From NCBI GenBank assembly GCA_050013795.1, contig JBEKEO010000001.1:1-58670 (forward strand): a stretch of DNA of 58,670 nt. The letters are read 5' to 3'. Position numbers and translations under genes: made by a program. Every line of letters begins with the position of its first letter. Within the stretch, counting starts at the first letter, position 1. The DNA comes from Bacteroidales bacterium. Its GTDB lineage: Bacteria; Bacteroidota; Bacteroidia; Bacteroidales; CG2-30-32-10. The notes below the pieces were generated by a model that had not been told where the DNA came from, did no database searches, and was given only the letters and a program-made list of their open reading frames with translations. This document shows, piece after piece, positions 9,536-18,153 of the stretch.

Positions 9536-10405
9536 ATGTTTCGAATTAATAAAATAGTTATCGCAATTATTGCATTTTTTTCCTGTTATATTGTTAATGC
9601 CCAACATAGCGAGATTGGTGTTTTATTAGGGACTTCATATTATCTTGGCGACCTTAACCCGTCCAAACAATTTTTTCTTGCTAAGCCTGCCGGAGGAATT
9701 ATTTACAGGTATATTATCAATCCTCGATGGGCTATTAAAATGGATGGTTTGTATGGTAGAGTGGCAGGAGATGATGCAAAATCTAAAGCCGATGTAGAAA
9801 GAAACCTTAGTTTTAGATCAAATATTTTTGAAGCATCCTCACAGCTTGAACTCAACTTTCTGCCCTATATTACCGGTAGTAAAGAAAAGAATTATTTTAC
9901 CCCTTATATTTTTGCTGGACTTGCTGTTTTCCATTTTAATCCTAAAGCAGAATATAACGGTGAGTGGTACGCCCTACAACCATTAAGCACTGAAGGACAG
10001 GGAACTTCTTTATCTAATCAGAAACCATATTCTTTGACAAATGTTTCAATTCCGTTTGGCTTTGGGTTTAAATACAGTGTAGGGGATTATATTTGTGTTG
10101 GAGCAGAATGGGGGCTGAGAAAAACTTTTACCGGTTATATTGATGACATAAGTACTACTTACCCCGATCCGATAGCACTGGCGGCAGATAAAGGACAAAT
10201 AGCAGCAATTTTATCGGATCGCTCAATAAAAGAGAAGGGCGAAACATATAATAATTCGGGGTTACAAAGAGGAAATGATAGACCTGACTGGTATTCTTTT
10301 GCAGTGGCTTTTATAACATTTAAATTTATAGCTTTCAGGGATAATACTTGTCCTGCTTATGGCAAACATTCATCACACTATAAGCAAAAATTAAATAAGG
10401 ATTGA
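9536..10405 (+). CDS. DUF6089-like outer-membrane beta-barrel protein (paralogue)
   Basis: ATG at 9536 with a signal peptide. It shares the YGRVAGDD and FNPKAEYNGEWYALQPLSTEG motifs with the preceding gene. Confidence 0.75.
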   Translation: MFRINKIVIAIIAFFSCYIVNAQHSEIGVLLGTSYYLGDLNPSKQFFLAKPAGGIIYRYIINPRWAIKMDGLYGRVAGDDAKSKADVERNLSFRSNIFEASSQLELNFLPYITGSKEKNYFTPYIFAGLAVFHFNPKAEYNGEWYALQPLSTEGQGTSLSNQKPYSLTNVSIPFGFGFKYSVGDYICVGAEWGLRKTFTGYIDDISTTYPDPIALAADKGQIAAILSDRSIKEKGETYNNSGLQRGNDRPDWYSFAVAFITFKFIAFRDNTCPAYGKHSSHYKQKLNKD

Positions 10406-10434
10406 TATATTTTTACAAAAGTAATTATGTGATG

Positions 10435-10470
10435 ACCTCATTATATAAACTAGTGTAATGAGGTTTTTTT
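10435..10470 (+). terminator. Rho-independent terminator
   Basis: Hairpin acctcatta...taatgaggt followed by TTTTTTT. Confidence 0.6.
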
Positions 10471-10485
10471 ATAGGATTCTTTAAA

Positions 10486-11235
10486 ATGAGCGAAAAAGAC
10501 AAAATAGATCTATTAAAATTACCCGAACATGTTGCTATTATTATGGATGGAAACGGGCGATGGGCAAAGCAAAAAGGGAAATCACGCATATTCGGTCATC
10601 ATAATGGAGTTACGGCAGTTCGTGAAACCACTGAAGCTGCTGCGGAATTAGGAATTAAATATTTAACATTATATGCTTTCTCAACCGAAAACTGGAACCG
10701 ACCTAAAAATGAAATTAATGCATTAATGACACTTTTGGTTAAAACAATAAATAAAGAAACCAAGACACTAAATAAAAATAATATTCGTTTATTGGCAATT
10801 GGCGATTTGGAAAGCTTGCCTGAAAATTGTTACAAAGAACTTAAGGCTGCAATTAATAAAACGAAAAACAACACTCGTATGTCATTGGTTCTGGCATTAA
10901 GTTACAGTTCAAGATGGGAGATAGTGAATGCAGCAAAACGAATTGCAACAGAATATAAAAAAGGAGAAATAAGTATAAATCAAATTGATCAGGAAATGTT
11001 TAATCGATATCTTACTACAGGCGGAATTCCTGACCCAGAGCTTTTAATCAGAACAAGCGGTGAATACAGAATAAGTAATTTTTTACTATGGCAGATAGCC
11101 TATGCTGAATTATATTTTACTTCAAAACTTTGGCCTGATTTCACGAAAGATGATTTATATGATGCATTGATTGATTATCAAAATCGTGAACGACGATTTG
11201 GAAAAACAAGTGAACAGATAAAATTAGAATTGTAA
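10486..11235 (+). CDS. uppS: Isoprenyl transferase / undecaprenyl-diphosphate synthase
   Basis: HVAIIMDGNGRWA, LTLYAFSTENWNRP and RTSGEYRISNFLLWQIAYAELYF are classic cis-prenyltransferase motifs. Confidence 0.95.
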   Translation: MSEKDKIDLLKLPEHVAIIMDGNGRWAKQKGKSRIFGHHNGVTAVRETTEAAAELGIKYLTLYAFSTENWNRPKNEINALMTLLVKTINKETKTLNKNNIRLLAIGDLESLPENCYKELKAAINKTKNNTRMSLVLALSYSSRWEIVNAAKRIATEYKKGEISINQIDQEMFNRYLTTGGIPDPELLIRTSGEYRISNFLLWQIAYAELYFTSKLWPDFTKDDLYDALIDYQNRERRFGKTSEQIKLEL

Positions 11236-13730
11236 TGAGGAAAATTATTTTGGGGACACTTGTTGTCCTTTTCATATATATACCATCAACCTTTTCCCAG
11301 ATTGCTTTATCGAATGATTTGAATGAAATAGATTATGCGAATCCCAAAGACTTTGAAATTGGTGGTATTTCTGTTTCGGGCGTTAAATATCTTGATAACA
11401 ATATACTGACATCGCTTTCCGGACTTGCTGTGGGTGATAAAATTAAAGTTCCTGGCGAAAAAATAACCAAAGCAGTTGAAAATTTATGGAATCAGGGTTT
11501 ATTTGAAGACATTAAAATTTCTGCAACCAAAGTACAGGGAGATGTTATTTTCCTTGATATTTATTTAAAAGAAAGACCACGCTTATCTAAATTCTCATTT
11601 ACAGGAATAAAAAAATCCGAAGCGGATAAATTAAGGGATGAAATAAAATTTGCAAGAGGAGATGTTGTTACTGATAATGCTATTGTTTCATCTAAAAACA
11701 AAATAATTAAATATTTCGCCGACAAAGGATATTTCTTTACAAAAGTTGATATTGTTCAGAAAAAAGACACATCTGCATCAAACAGTGTAGAATTAGTAAT
11801 TAATGTGAACAAAAACTCAAAAGTAAAAATTAATTTAGTTAACATATATGGAAGCGATAGCATTAAAGTGGCTAAGCTTAGACGGAAAATGAAGAAAACC
11901 AAAGAAAAAAGATTCTTCAGAATTTTTTCTACTTCTAGGTTTAATAATGAAGATTTCGCTGATGATAAAATTATTCTAATTGATAAGTTTAATGAGTTTG
12001 GGTATCGTGATGCAAAAATAGTGAAGGATTCTGTTTATAAATTTGATGACAAAACGGTTAATGTAGACATTTATATTGAGCAAGGCCGAAAATATTATTT
12101 TAGGAATATTACCTGGGTTGGTAATACAAAATACACAGCAGAAGAATTAAACTCTGTATTGAAGGTTAATAAAGGTGACGCATACAACCAGAAAGCTCTT
12201 GAATCAAATCTTTATATGAATACAGACGGAAGAGACATTAGTTCTCTTTATCTTGATGATGGATATCTTTTCTTTTCTGTTACTCCTGTTGAAGTTAAAA
12301 TTGATAACGATTCTATCGATCTTGAGATTAGAATATATGAAGGAAAGCAAGCTACTATTAATAAAATCATTATTTCCGGAAATAAAAAGACAAATGATAA
12401 TGTGATAATGCGTGAAATACGCACAAAACCCGGTCAGTTATTTAGCAGGCAAGATATTATCAGAACACAAAGAGAATTAGCACAATTAAAATATTTTGAC
12501 CAGGAAAAACTTGCTGTAAACCCCAAACCAAACCCGGCTGAAGGAACAGTTGATATTGAGTATGTGGTTGAAGAAACATCTTCCGACCAAGTTAGTCTTT
12601 CCGGTGGTTGGGGAGCTGGTATGATAACCGGTACGCTTGGCCTGACTTTTAATAATTTTTCAGCAAAGGATTTCTTTAAAAAAGATGCGTGGAGACCTTT
12701 GCCATCAGGTAGCGGACAGAGACTAAGCTTGCAGGCACAATCAAACGGGCTATATTCTCAATCATATAATGCATCGTTTACTGAGCCTTGGCTGGGAGGT
12801 GCGAAACCAAATGCTCTAACAGTATCTGTTTTCAGATCGCAGCAAACAAACGGTATTGCAAAAGGTGATCCCACAAGGCAATCTATTGCTATAGATGGAG
12901 CATCTATTGGGTTAAGCAAGCGATTAACATGGCCTGATGACTTTTTTACATTATATTATGGTCTCAACTATCAGCATTTTATTTTGCAAAACTACACATC
13001 TTTTACTTTTGCAAATGGTACGGCAAATAATGCGGCTTTGAATTTAGTATTTGGAAGAAATTCTGTTGATGCCCCTATCTATCCTCGAGCAGGGTCTCAA
13101 CTCGCATTAAGTGTTGAGGCGACACCACCTTATTCTTTAATCTGGAAAAAAAATATTGATTCATTGACTCTTCAACAAAAATATCAATGGATTGAATATC
13201 ATAAATGGAAATTCAGCGCTTCATTGTTTTCAAAATTAATAGGGAATTTGGTACTAAATACACGTTTAAAATTTGGATTCCTGGGTTATTATAATACTGA
13301 TTTAGGACCACCTCCATTTGAGAGATTTTATTTAGGTGGAGACGGTCTTTCAGGTTTTTCTTTAGATGGAAGAGAAGTAATTGGTCTAAGAGGATATGCA
13401 AATACTACATTAACACCTGCAAATGAATATGGTTACACAGGCGGAGTGGTATTTGATAAATATACTTTTGAATTAAGGTTTCCTGTATCATTAAATCCAA
13501 TGGCTACAGTATTTGTTTTGGGCTTTTGGGAAGCTGGTAATGATTTGGTTTCAGTTAAAAACTTTAATCCTTTTAATGTATATAGATCAGCAGGTGTCGG
13601 AGTAAGAATTTACCTACCTATGTTTGGCTTGCTTGGACTTGACTGGGGCTATGGATTTGACGCAGTACCAGGAAATCCCAGTGCAAATAAAAGCCAGTTT
13701 CATTTTACAATTAACGGATCTGGCGACTAA
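11235..13730 (+). CDS. bamA: Outer membrane protein assembly factor BamA
   Basis: 831 aa with POTRA-like N-terminal repeats and a C-terminal beta-barrel. TAATG overlap with uppS, followed by two ompH genes. Confidence 0.9.
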   Translation: MRKIILGTLVVLFIYIPSTFSQIALSNDLNEIDYANPKDFEIGGISVSGVKYLDNNILTSLSGLAVGDKIKVPGEKITKAVENLWNQGLFEDIKISATKVQGDVIFLDIYLKERPRLSKFSFTGIKKSEADKLRDEIKFARGDVVTDNAIVSSKNKIIKYFADKGYFFTKVDIVQKKDTSASNSVELVINVNKNSKVKINLVNIYGSDSIKVAKLRRKMKKTKEKRFFRIFSTSRFNNEDFADDKIILIDKFNEFGYRDAKIVKDSVYKFDDKTVNVDIYIEQGRKYYFRNITWVGNTKYTAEELNSVLKVNKGDAYNQKALESNLYMNTDGRDISSLYLDDGYLFFSVTPVEVKIDNDSIDLEIRIYEGKQATINKIIISGNKKTNDNVIMREIRTKPGQLFSRQDIIRTQRELAQLKYFDQEKLAVNPKPNPAEGTVDIEYVVEETSSDQVSLSGGWGAGMITGTLGLTFNNFSAKDFFKKDAWRPLPSGSGQRLSLQAQSNGLYSQSYNASFTEPWLGGAKPNALTVSVFRSQQTNGIAKGDPTRQSIAIDGASIGLSKRLTWPDDFFTLYYGLNYQHFILQNYTSFTFANGTANNAALNLVFGRNSVDAPIYPRAGSQLALSVEATPPYSLIWKKNIDSLTLQQKYQWIEYHKWKFSASLFSKLIGNLVLNTRLKFGFLGYYNTDLGPPPFERFYLGGDGLSGFSLDGREVIGLRGYANTTLTPANEYGYTGGVVFDKYTFELRFPVSLNPMATVFVLGFWEAGNDLVSVKNFNPFNVYRSAGVGVRIYLPMFGLLGLDWGYGFDAVPGNPSANKSQFHFTINGSGD

Positions 13731-13779
13731 AATATAAATAGTTTTAATACTCTTTTATAAAAAAATCGGAGGATATAAT

Positions 13780-14358
13780 ATGAAAAAACCTATTTTAATT
13801 ATTGCTTTTGCGCTTTTTTGTTCAATGGTATTTTCCCAGCAGACAAAATTTGCTTATGTTGATACGCAATACATTTTGGATAATATTCCTGAATATGCCA
13901 CTGCACAGGATAAGTTAGATGAACAATCGGTACTATGGCAGAAAGAAATTGAAGCAAAATTCAAAGAAGTTGACAGTCTTTATAAGAAGTTTGAAACAGA
14001 ATCAGTTCTGCTTCCGGAAGACATAAAAAAGAAAAGAGAAAATGATATAATTGCTAAGGAAAAAGCAGCAAAAGATCTTCAAAAACAGCGTTTTGGAACC
14101 ACTGGTGATTTATTTAAAAAACGTCAGGAACTTGTCAAACCTATTCAGGATAAAATTTATAATGCAATTGAAGAAATTGCTACTGACGGTAGTTATGGAA
14201 TTATTTTTGATAAATCGGGTTCTTTAACGATGCTTTACTCTAATCCTAAACTTGACAAAAGCGATGATGTGCTTGACAAACTTGGTTTTAAACCGGGAAC
14301 TGTAGGTAATAAGAATAAAGATAAAGACAAAAAAGATAAGGACAAGGATAATAAATAA
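13780..14358 (+). CDS. OmpH/Skp family periplasmic chaperone
   Basis: Signal peptide, coiled-coil Skp-like sequence and position after bamA. It has a Lys/Asp-rich tail. Confidence 0.85.
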   Translation: MKKPILIIAFALFCSMVFSQQTKFAYVDTQYILDNIPEYATAQDKLDEQSVLWQKEIEAKFKEVDSLYKKFETESVLLPEDIKKKRENDIIAKEKAAKDLQKQRFGTTGDLFKKRQELVKPIQDKIYNAIEEIATDGSYGIIFDKSGSLTMLYSNPKLDKSDDVLDKLGFKPGTVGNKNKDKDKKDKDKDNK

Positions 14359-14417
14359 TATTTCTTAAAAAAATCATAAAATTATATAATGCAATATTGA
14401 AGTATCATTATTTATTT

Positions 14418-14425
14418 TAATTTTG
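14418..14425 (+). promoter_or_regulatory. -7 promoter box TAATTTTG
   Basis: Exact TAnnTTTG match, 41 nt upstream of the ATG at 14466. Confidence 0.4.
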
Positions 14426-14465
14426 CTGCCAACAAAATGGAATTATTAATTTATAAAACTAAAAT

Positions 14466-14984
14466 ATGAAAAGATTAGTAAAACTTACAGCATTTGTTAT
14501 TATAGCTTTTTGCGCTGTTAATGTTAACGCTCAGGCTAAATTGAAATTTGGACATATTAATTCAGATTCTTTACTAAAACTTATGCCTGGCCGTGATTCT
14601 GCTTATGCAAAGATTCAAAATGAAGTTAAAACATACCAGTCCCAATACCAGGCTATGCAGACTGAGTATGAACAAAAGTCGCAGGATTATCAAACCAATT
14701 TACCTAACATGAGTGAATTGATAAAGAAGACAAAAGAAGCTGAATTGCAGGATTTGCAACAACGTATGGAAAAATTCCAGACATCTGCTCAGGAAGCTTT
14801 ACAGAAAAAACAAACAGAACTGTTACAGCCTATCATTGATAAAGCAAAGAAAGCTATTGAAGCAGTTGGGAAAGAACAGGGATATACCTATATTTTTGAC
14901 AGCGCCTTAGGTTCATTACTTTATTTGGGTGGTGGTGAAGATATCATGCCTTTGGTAAAGAAGAAATTAAATATTACTAAGTAA
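14466..14984 (+). CDS. OmpH/Skp family periplasmic chaperone
   Basis: Signal peptide and a Q/E/K-rich coiled coil. It is the second ompH after bamA. Confidence 0.85.
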   Translation: MKRLVKLTAFVIIAFCAVNVNAQAKLKFGHINSDSLLKLMPGRDSAYAKIQNEVKTYQSQYQAMQTEYEQKSQDYQTNLPNMSELIKKTKEAELQDLQQRMEKFQTSAQEALQKKQTELLQPIIDKAKKAIEAVGKEQGYTYIFDSALGSLLYLGGGEDIMPLVKKKLNITK

Positions 14985-15004
14985 TTCTAAAGATATTTTA
15001 AAAA

Positions 15005-15041
15005 GTGATAGCCCCGCCGTTTGGCGGGGCTATCACTTTTT
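15005..15041. terminator. Bidirectional rho-independent terminator
   Basis: Perfect 14-bp stem gtgatagccccgcc/ggcggggctatcac with loop gttt. It is flanked by AAAA and TTTTT and lies between convergent genes. Confidence 0.85.
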
Positions 15042-15047
15042 ACATAT

Positions 15048-15569
15048 CTATTTCTCTTCCTTATACCATTCCGAATACATTATATAGCTATCTGCTATCC
15101 TGTTAACTTGTCCCTCAAGTAATTTCTGATCTATTGACTTTATCTTTTTAGCTGGCACACCCGCATAAACACTTCCTGATTCTACTAATGTATTTTCCGC
15201 AATCAATGCTCCTGCAGCTATAATACAATTACTTTCAATAACCGCATAATCCATAATAATAGCACCCATGCCAATCAAAACATTATCATGAATGGTACAA
15301 CCATGAACAACTGCATTGTGAGCAATTGAAACATTATTGCCGATATTGGTAGGCGCTTTCTGGTAAGTGGCATGAATAACCGCTCCATCCTGTACATTGA
15401 CTTTATTTCCCATACGGATTGAATGAACATCACCACGAACAACAGCATTGAACCATATACTGCAATTATCGCCCATTATAACATCGCCAACAATAACTGA
15501 ATTATCAGCGAGAAAACAATCTTTCCCGAATATAGGAGTGAACCCCCTAACCGTTTTTATAATAGCCAT
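15048..15569 (-). CDS. Gamma-carbonic-anhydrase-like / hexapeptide-repeat (LbH) protein
   Basis: 173 aa with left-handed beta-helix hexapeptide repeats and the typical IGDNCSIWFNAVVRGDV...IGNNVSIAHNAVVHG pattern. Confidence 0.85.
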   Translation of the reverse strand: MAIIKTVRGFTPIFGKDCFLADNSVIVGDVIMGDNCSIWFNAVVRGDVHSIRMGNKVNVQDGAVIHATYQKAPTNIGNNVSIAHNAVVHGCTIHDNVLIGMGAIIMDYAVIESNCIIAAGALIAENTLVESGSVYAGVPAKKIKSIDQKLLEGQVNRIADSYIMYSEWYKEEK

Positions 15570-15575
15570 AGCTTA

Positions 15576-17144
15576 TTAATTTATTATTCCCGGATAATTT
15601 AGTGAATAGTGAAGCCCGCGACTTTCTTTACGAAGCATTGCTGCCTTTATGATTTGGTAAGCAATATTGATAAGGTTTCGCAGTTCGCATATCTTTCTGG
15701 TAACGATAGATTTTTCATACAAATCTTCTGTTTCGCGGTAAATGATATGCAGCCTGTCTAATGCGCGTTTTAAACGCAGGTCGGAACGGACTATACCCAC
15801 ATAATTCGACATGATGAACTGTAATTCTTTTAATGTTTGGGTAATAAGAACCATTTCTTCGTTAAGCACGGTTCCTTCGGCATTCCAATCAGGGATGGCA
15901 TCACAGATTGAAAGTGATTTTATTTTTGAAACAGCATCCATGCTTGCCCTGTGCGCAAACACCACTGCCTCCAGCAACGAATTTGATGCGAGCCTGTTGG
16001 CCCCGTGCAGACCTGTGCAGGCACATTCGCCCACAGCATATAAATTATGAATTGAGGATATGCCATGTTCATCAGTTTTGATTCCGCCGCAGGAAAAATG
16101 TGCTGCTGGAACAACAGGTATCATATCTTTTGCCATATCAATCCCCACACTCAGGCATTTTGCATAAATATTGGGAAAATGATTGATCAGTTCATTCTTA
16201 TCAAGATGACGGCAGTCGAGGAACACATGGTCATCTCCGCTTATTTTCATTTCATTGTCAACGGCTCTTGCCACAATATCACGGGGTGCTAGCTCTTTCC
16301 GTTTATCGTATTTCGACATGAACTCTTTCCCGTCAACAGTTTTCAGGATAGCGCCGAACCCTCTTAATGCTTCCGTAATAAGGTATGCATGCCTGTCGGC
16401 AGGATTGTAAAGAGAAGTGGGATGGAACTGTATGAACTCCATGTTCTCAATTTTGCCGCGCGCCCTGTGCGTCATTGCCACACCATCGCCCGTTGCAATG
16501 GGCGGATTGGTGGTGGTAAGATAAACATTACCGGTTCCGCCGGTAGCCATCAGTGTGGTTTTAGCAAGAATAGTATCAATGATATTCGTTTCAGGATTCA
16601 AAACATAAGCGCCAAAGCAGGTGATATTGGGCGTTTTCTTTGTAACGATCTGTCCCATGTGATGCTGGGTAATAAGGTCGACGGCAAAACAATTTTCAAG
16701 TATCTCGATATTTGGATGGGCTTCAGCCTTTTCGAGCAAGGCGCGAACTATTTCTTTACCGGTATTATCTTTACTGTGCAGTACGCGGTATTCGGAATGC
16801 CCTCCTTCTTTGGCAAGATCGTATTTGCCTGAAATGGTCTTATCGAAATTAGTGCCCCAGTCAATAAGTTCCTCAATTCTTTCAGTAGATTCGGATATGG
16901 TAAGCCTTACTATCTTTTCGTTACATAAGCCTGCCCCTGCGATCAATGTATCCTGTATATGCTTTTCATAGGTGTCGGGGGTATACATAACGGCTGCAAT
17001 GCCGCCCTGGGCATAACGGGTGTTCGATTCTTCGGCATCATTTTTAGTAACGATGATAACTTTACCGTAAGGCGCTACTTTCAGGGCATACGACAAACCG
17101 GCTATGCCGGAACCAATAACCAAAAAATCGACTTCGTATCTCAT
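15576..17144 (-). CDS. nadB: L-aspartate oxidase
   Basis: FAD motif DFLVIGSGIAGLS, plus RYAQGGIAA and GLHGANRLASNSLLE. The length of 522 aa also fits. Confidence 0.92.
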   Translation of the reverse strand: MRYEVDFLVIGSGIAGLSYALKVAPYGKVIIVTKNDAEESNTRYAQGGIAAVMYTPDTYEKHIQDTLIAGAGLCNEKIVRLTISESTERIEELIDWGTNFDKTISGKYDLAKEGGHSEYRVLHSKDNTGKEIVRALLEKAEAHPNIEILENCFAVDLITQHHMGQIVTKKTPNITCFGAYVLNPETNIIDTILAKTTLMATGGTGNVYLTTTNPPIATGDGVAMTHRARGKIENMEFIQFHPTSLYNPADRHAYLITEALRGFGAILKTVDGKEFMSKYDKRKELAPRDIVARAVDNEMKISGDDHVFLDCRHLDKNELINHFPNIYAKCLSVGIDMAKDMIPVVPAAHFSCGGIKTDEHGISSIHNLYAVGECACTGLHGANRLASNSLLEAVVFAHRASMDAVSKIKSLSICDAIPDWNAEGTVLNEEMVLITQTLKELQFIMSNYVGIVRSDLRLKRALDRLHIIYRETEDLYEKSIVTRKICELRNLINIAYQIIKAAMLRKESRGLHYSLNYPGIIN

Positions 17145-17161
17145 ATTGCAGAGTGAAAAAC

Positions 17162-17169
17162 CAAAAGTA
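17162..17169 (-). promoter_or_regulatory. -7 promoter box (TACTTTTG on the minus strand)
   Basis: Exact TAnnTTTG match, 18 nt upstream of the nadB start. Confidence 0.45.
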
Positions 17170-17263
17170 CATATTTTCCATTATCCCTTTAAAGCTTAAT
17201 GAATATTTTAATTCAAGTGGTAATTTGCTTTGCAAAACTAAAGTGTCATATTTTCGCTCTAAG

Positions 17264-17452
17264 GTCATATGCCCTCATGTTGAAGTCATTTGCCCTCGTG
17301 TTGAAGTCACGTGCCCTCATGCTGAAGGCATACGACCTCATGCTGATAATTGATGATTTCGCCCGGAAATGTTAATTTTTCAAGGCGAAACTGCATGTTC
17401 TCGTGTTGGGATTTAACAGTCTCGTGTTGAGACTTAGCCGTCTCGTGCTGGA
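17264..17452. repeat. Degenerate tandem array of ~9 x 21 bp (units such as GTCATTTGCCCTCGTGTTGAA)
   Basis: Units at 17264, 17285, 17306 and 17327 are clear. CTCGTGTTG-like cores recur in the same 21-bp phase at 17399, 17420 and 17441. Confidence 0.8.
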
Positions 17453-17620
17453 AATATCTGCTTTCGCTATAATAATTTTGCCTTTTTTAATGATGCAAGG
17501 AAGAATAATATTGTAATTTTGAAGATAAATAAGAGAAAGGAAAGCAATAAACAGGTTATTCTACCTAGCCCGATAAAATAGCTTACTTTCTTAAAAATAA
17601 ATGATTCAGGTGATATAACT

Positions 17621-17655
17621 AAAAAATCCCACTGCCATGATAGTGGGATTTTTAT
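17621..17655 (-). terminator. Rho-independent terminator downstream of the ferredoxin gene
   Basis: Hairpin atcccact/agtgggat flanked by an A-run and a T-run. Confidence 0.6.
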
Positions 17656-17722
17656 TCGATCGTACAATAAAACTTCAACTTTCCACTTAAAAGAGAAAAG
17701 TTAAAAACAGAATGTTCCGGTA

Positions 17723-17890
17723 TTATTCGGGGTGAATTGCTTCAACCGGGCAAACATCAGCGCATGCGCCACAATCGGTGCAAACTTCTGGATCAATCTT
17801 ATATTTATCTCCTTCAGATATTGCTTCAACCGGGCATTCATCAACACAAGTGCCGCAAGCAGTACAATCGTCATTAATTTTGTAAGCCAT
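17723..17890 (-). CDS. 2x[4Fe-4S] ferredoxin, 55 aa (absent from the ORF track because it is under 60 aa)
   Basis: My translation is MAYKINDDCTACGTCVDECPVEAISEGDKYKIDPEVCTDCGACADVCPVEAIHPE*. It has two CxxCxxCxxxCP clusters. Confidence 0.9.
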   Translation of the reverse strand: MAYKINDDCTACGTCVDECPVEAISEGDKYKIDPEVCTDCGACADVCPVEAIHPE

Positions 17891-17920
17891 TGTTATATAG
17901 TTTTAGTTAGTATTTTGCTG

Positions 17921-17928
17921 CAAATATA
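17921..17928 (-). promoter_or_regulatory. -7 promoter box (TATATTTG on the minus strand)
   Basis: Exact TAnnTTTG match, 31 nt upstream of the ferredoxin ATG. Confidence 0.45.
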
Positions 17929-18153
17929 TTCGGTTAAAAGTATTTATGGAAATATTTTATGAAAAAAATTATATTTTTTATTACCGGGGATATACATAAG
18001 GTAAGAATCCGCTTTGCTAATTATTTTATTGTTATTGAATTAACAAAGAAAAGGCGTTGTTTTCAATATTGAAAAAAAAGTGATGAAAATCAATCCTGCA
18101 CTTTAAAAAACCATTTACCTTCGCAAAAAATTTAATTCTAAATCTATATACAT

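Noticed and set aside
17467-17667. A 66-aa ORF on the minus strand between nadB and the ferredoxin gene.
   Set aside because: It overlaps the ferredoxin terminator hairpin, has hydrophobic low-complexity composition, and shows no promoter box or family signal.
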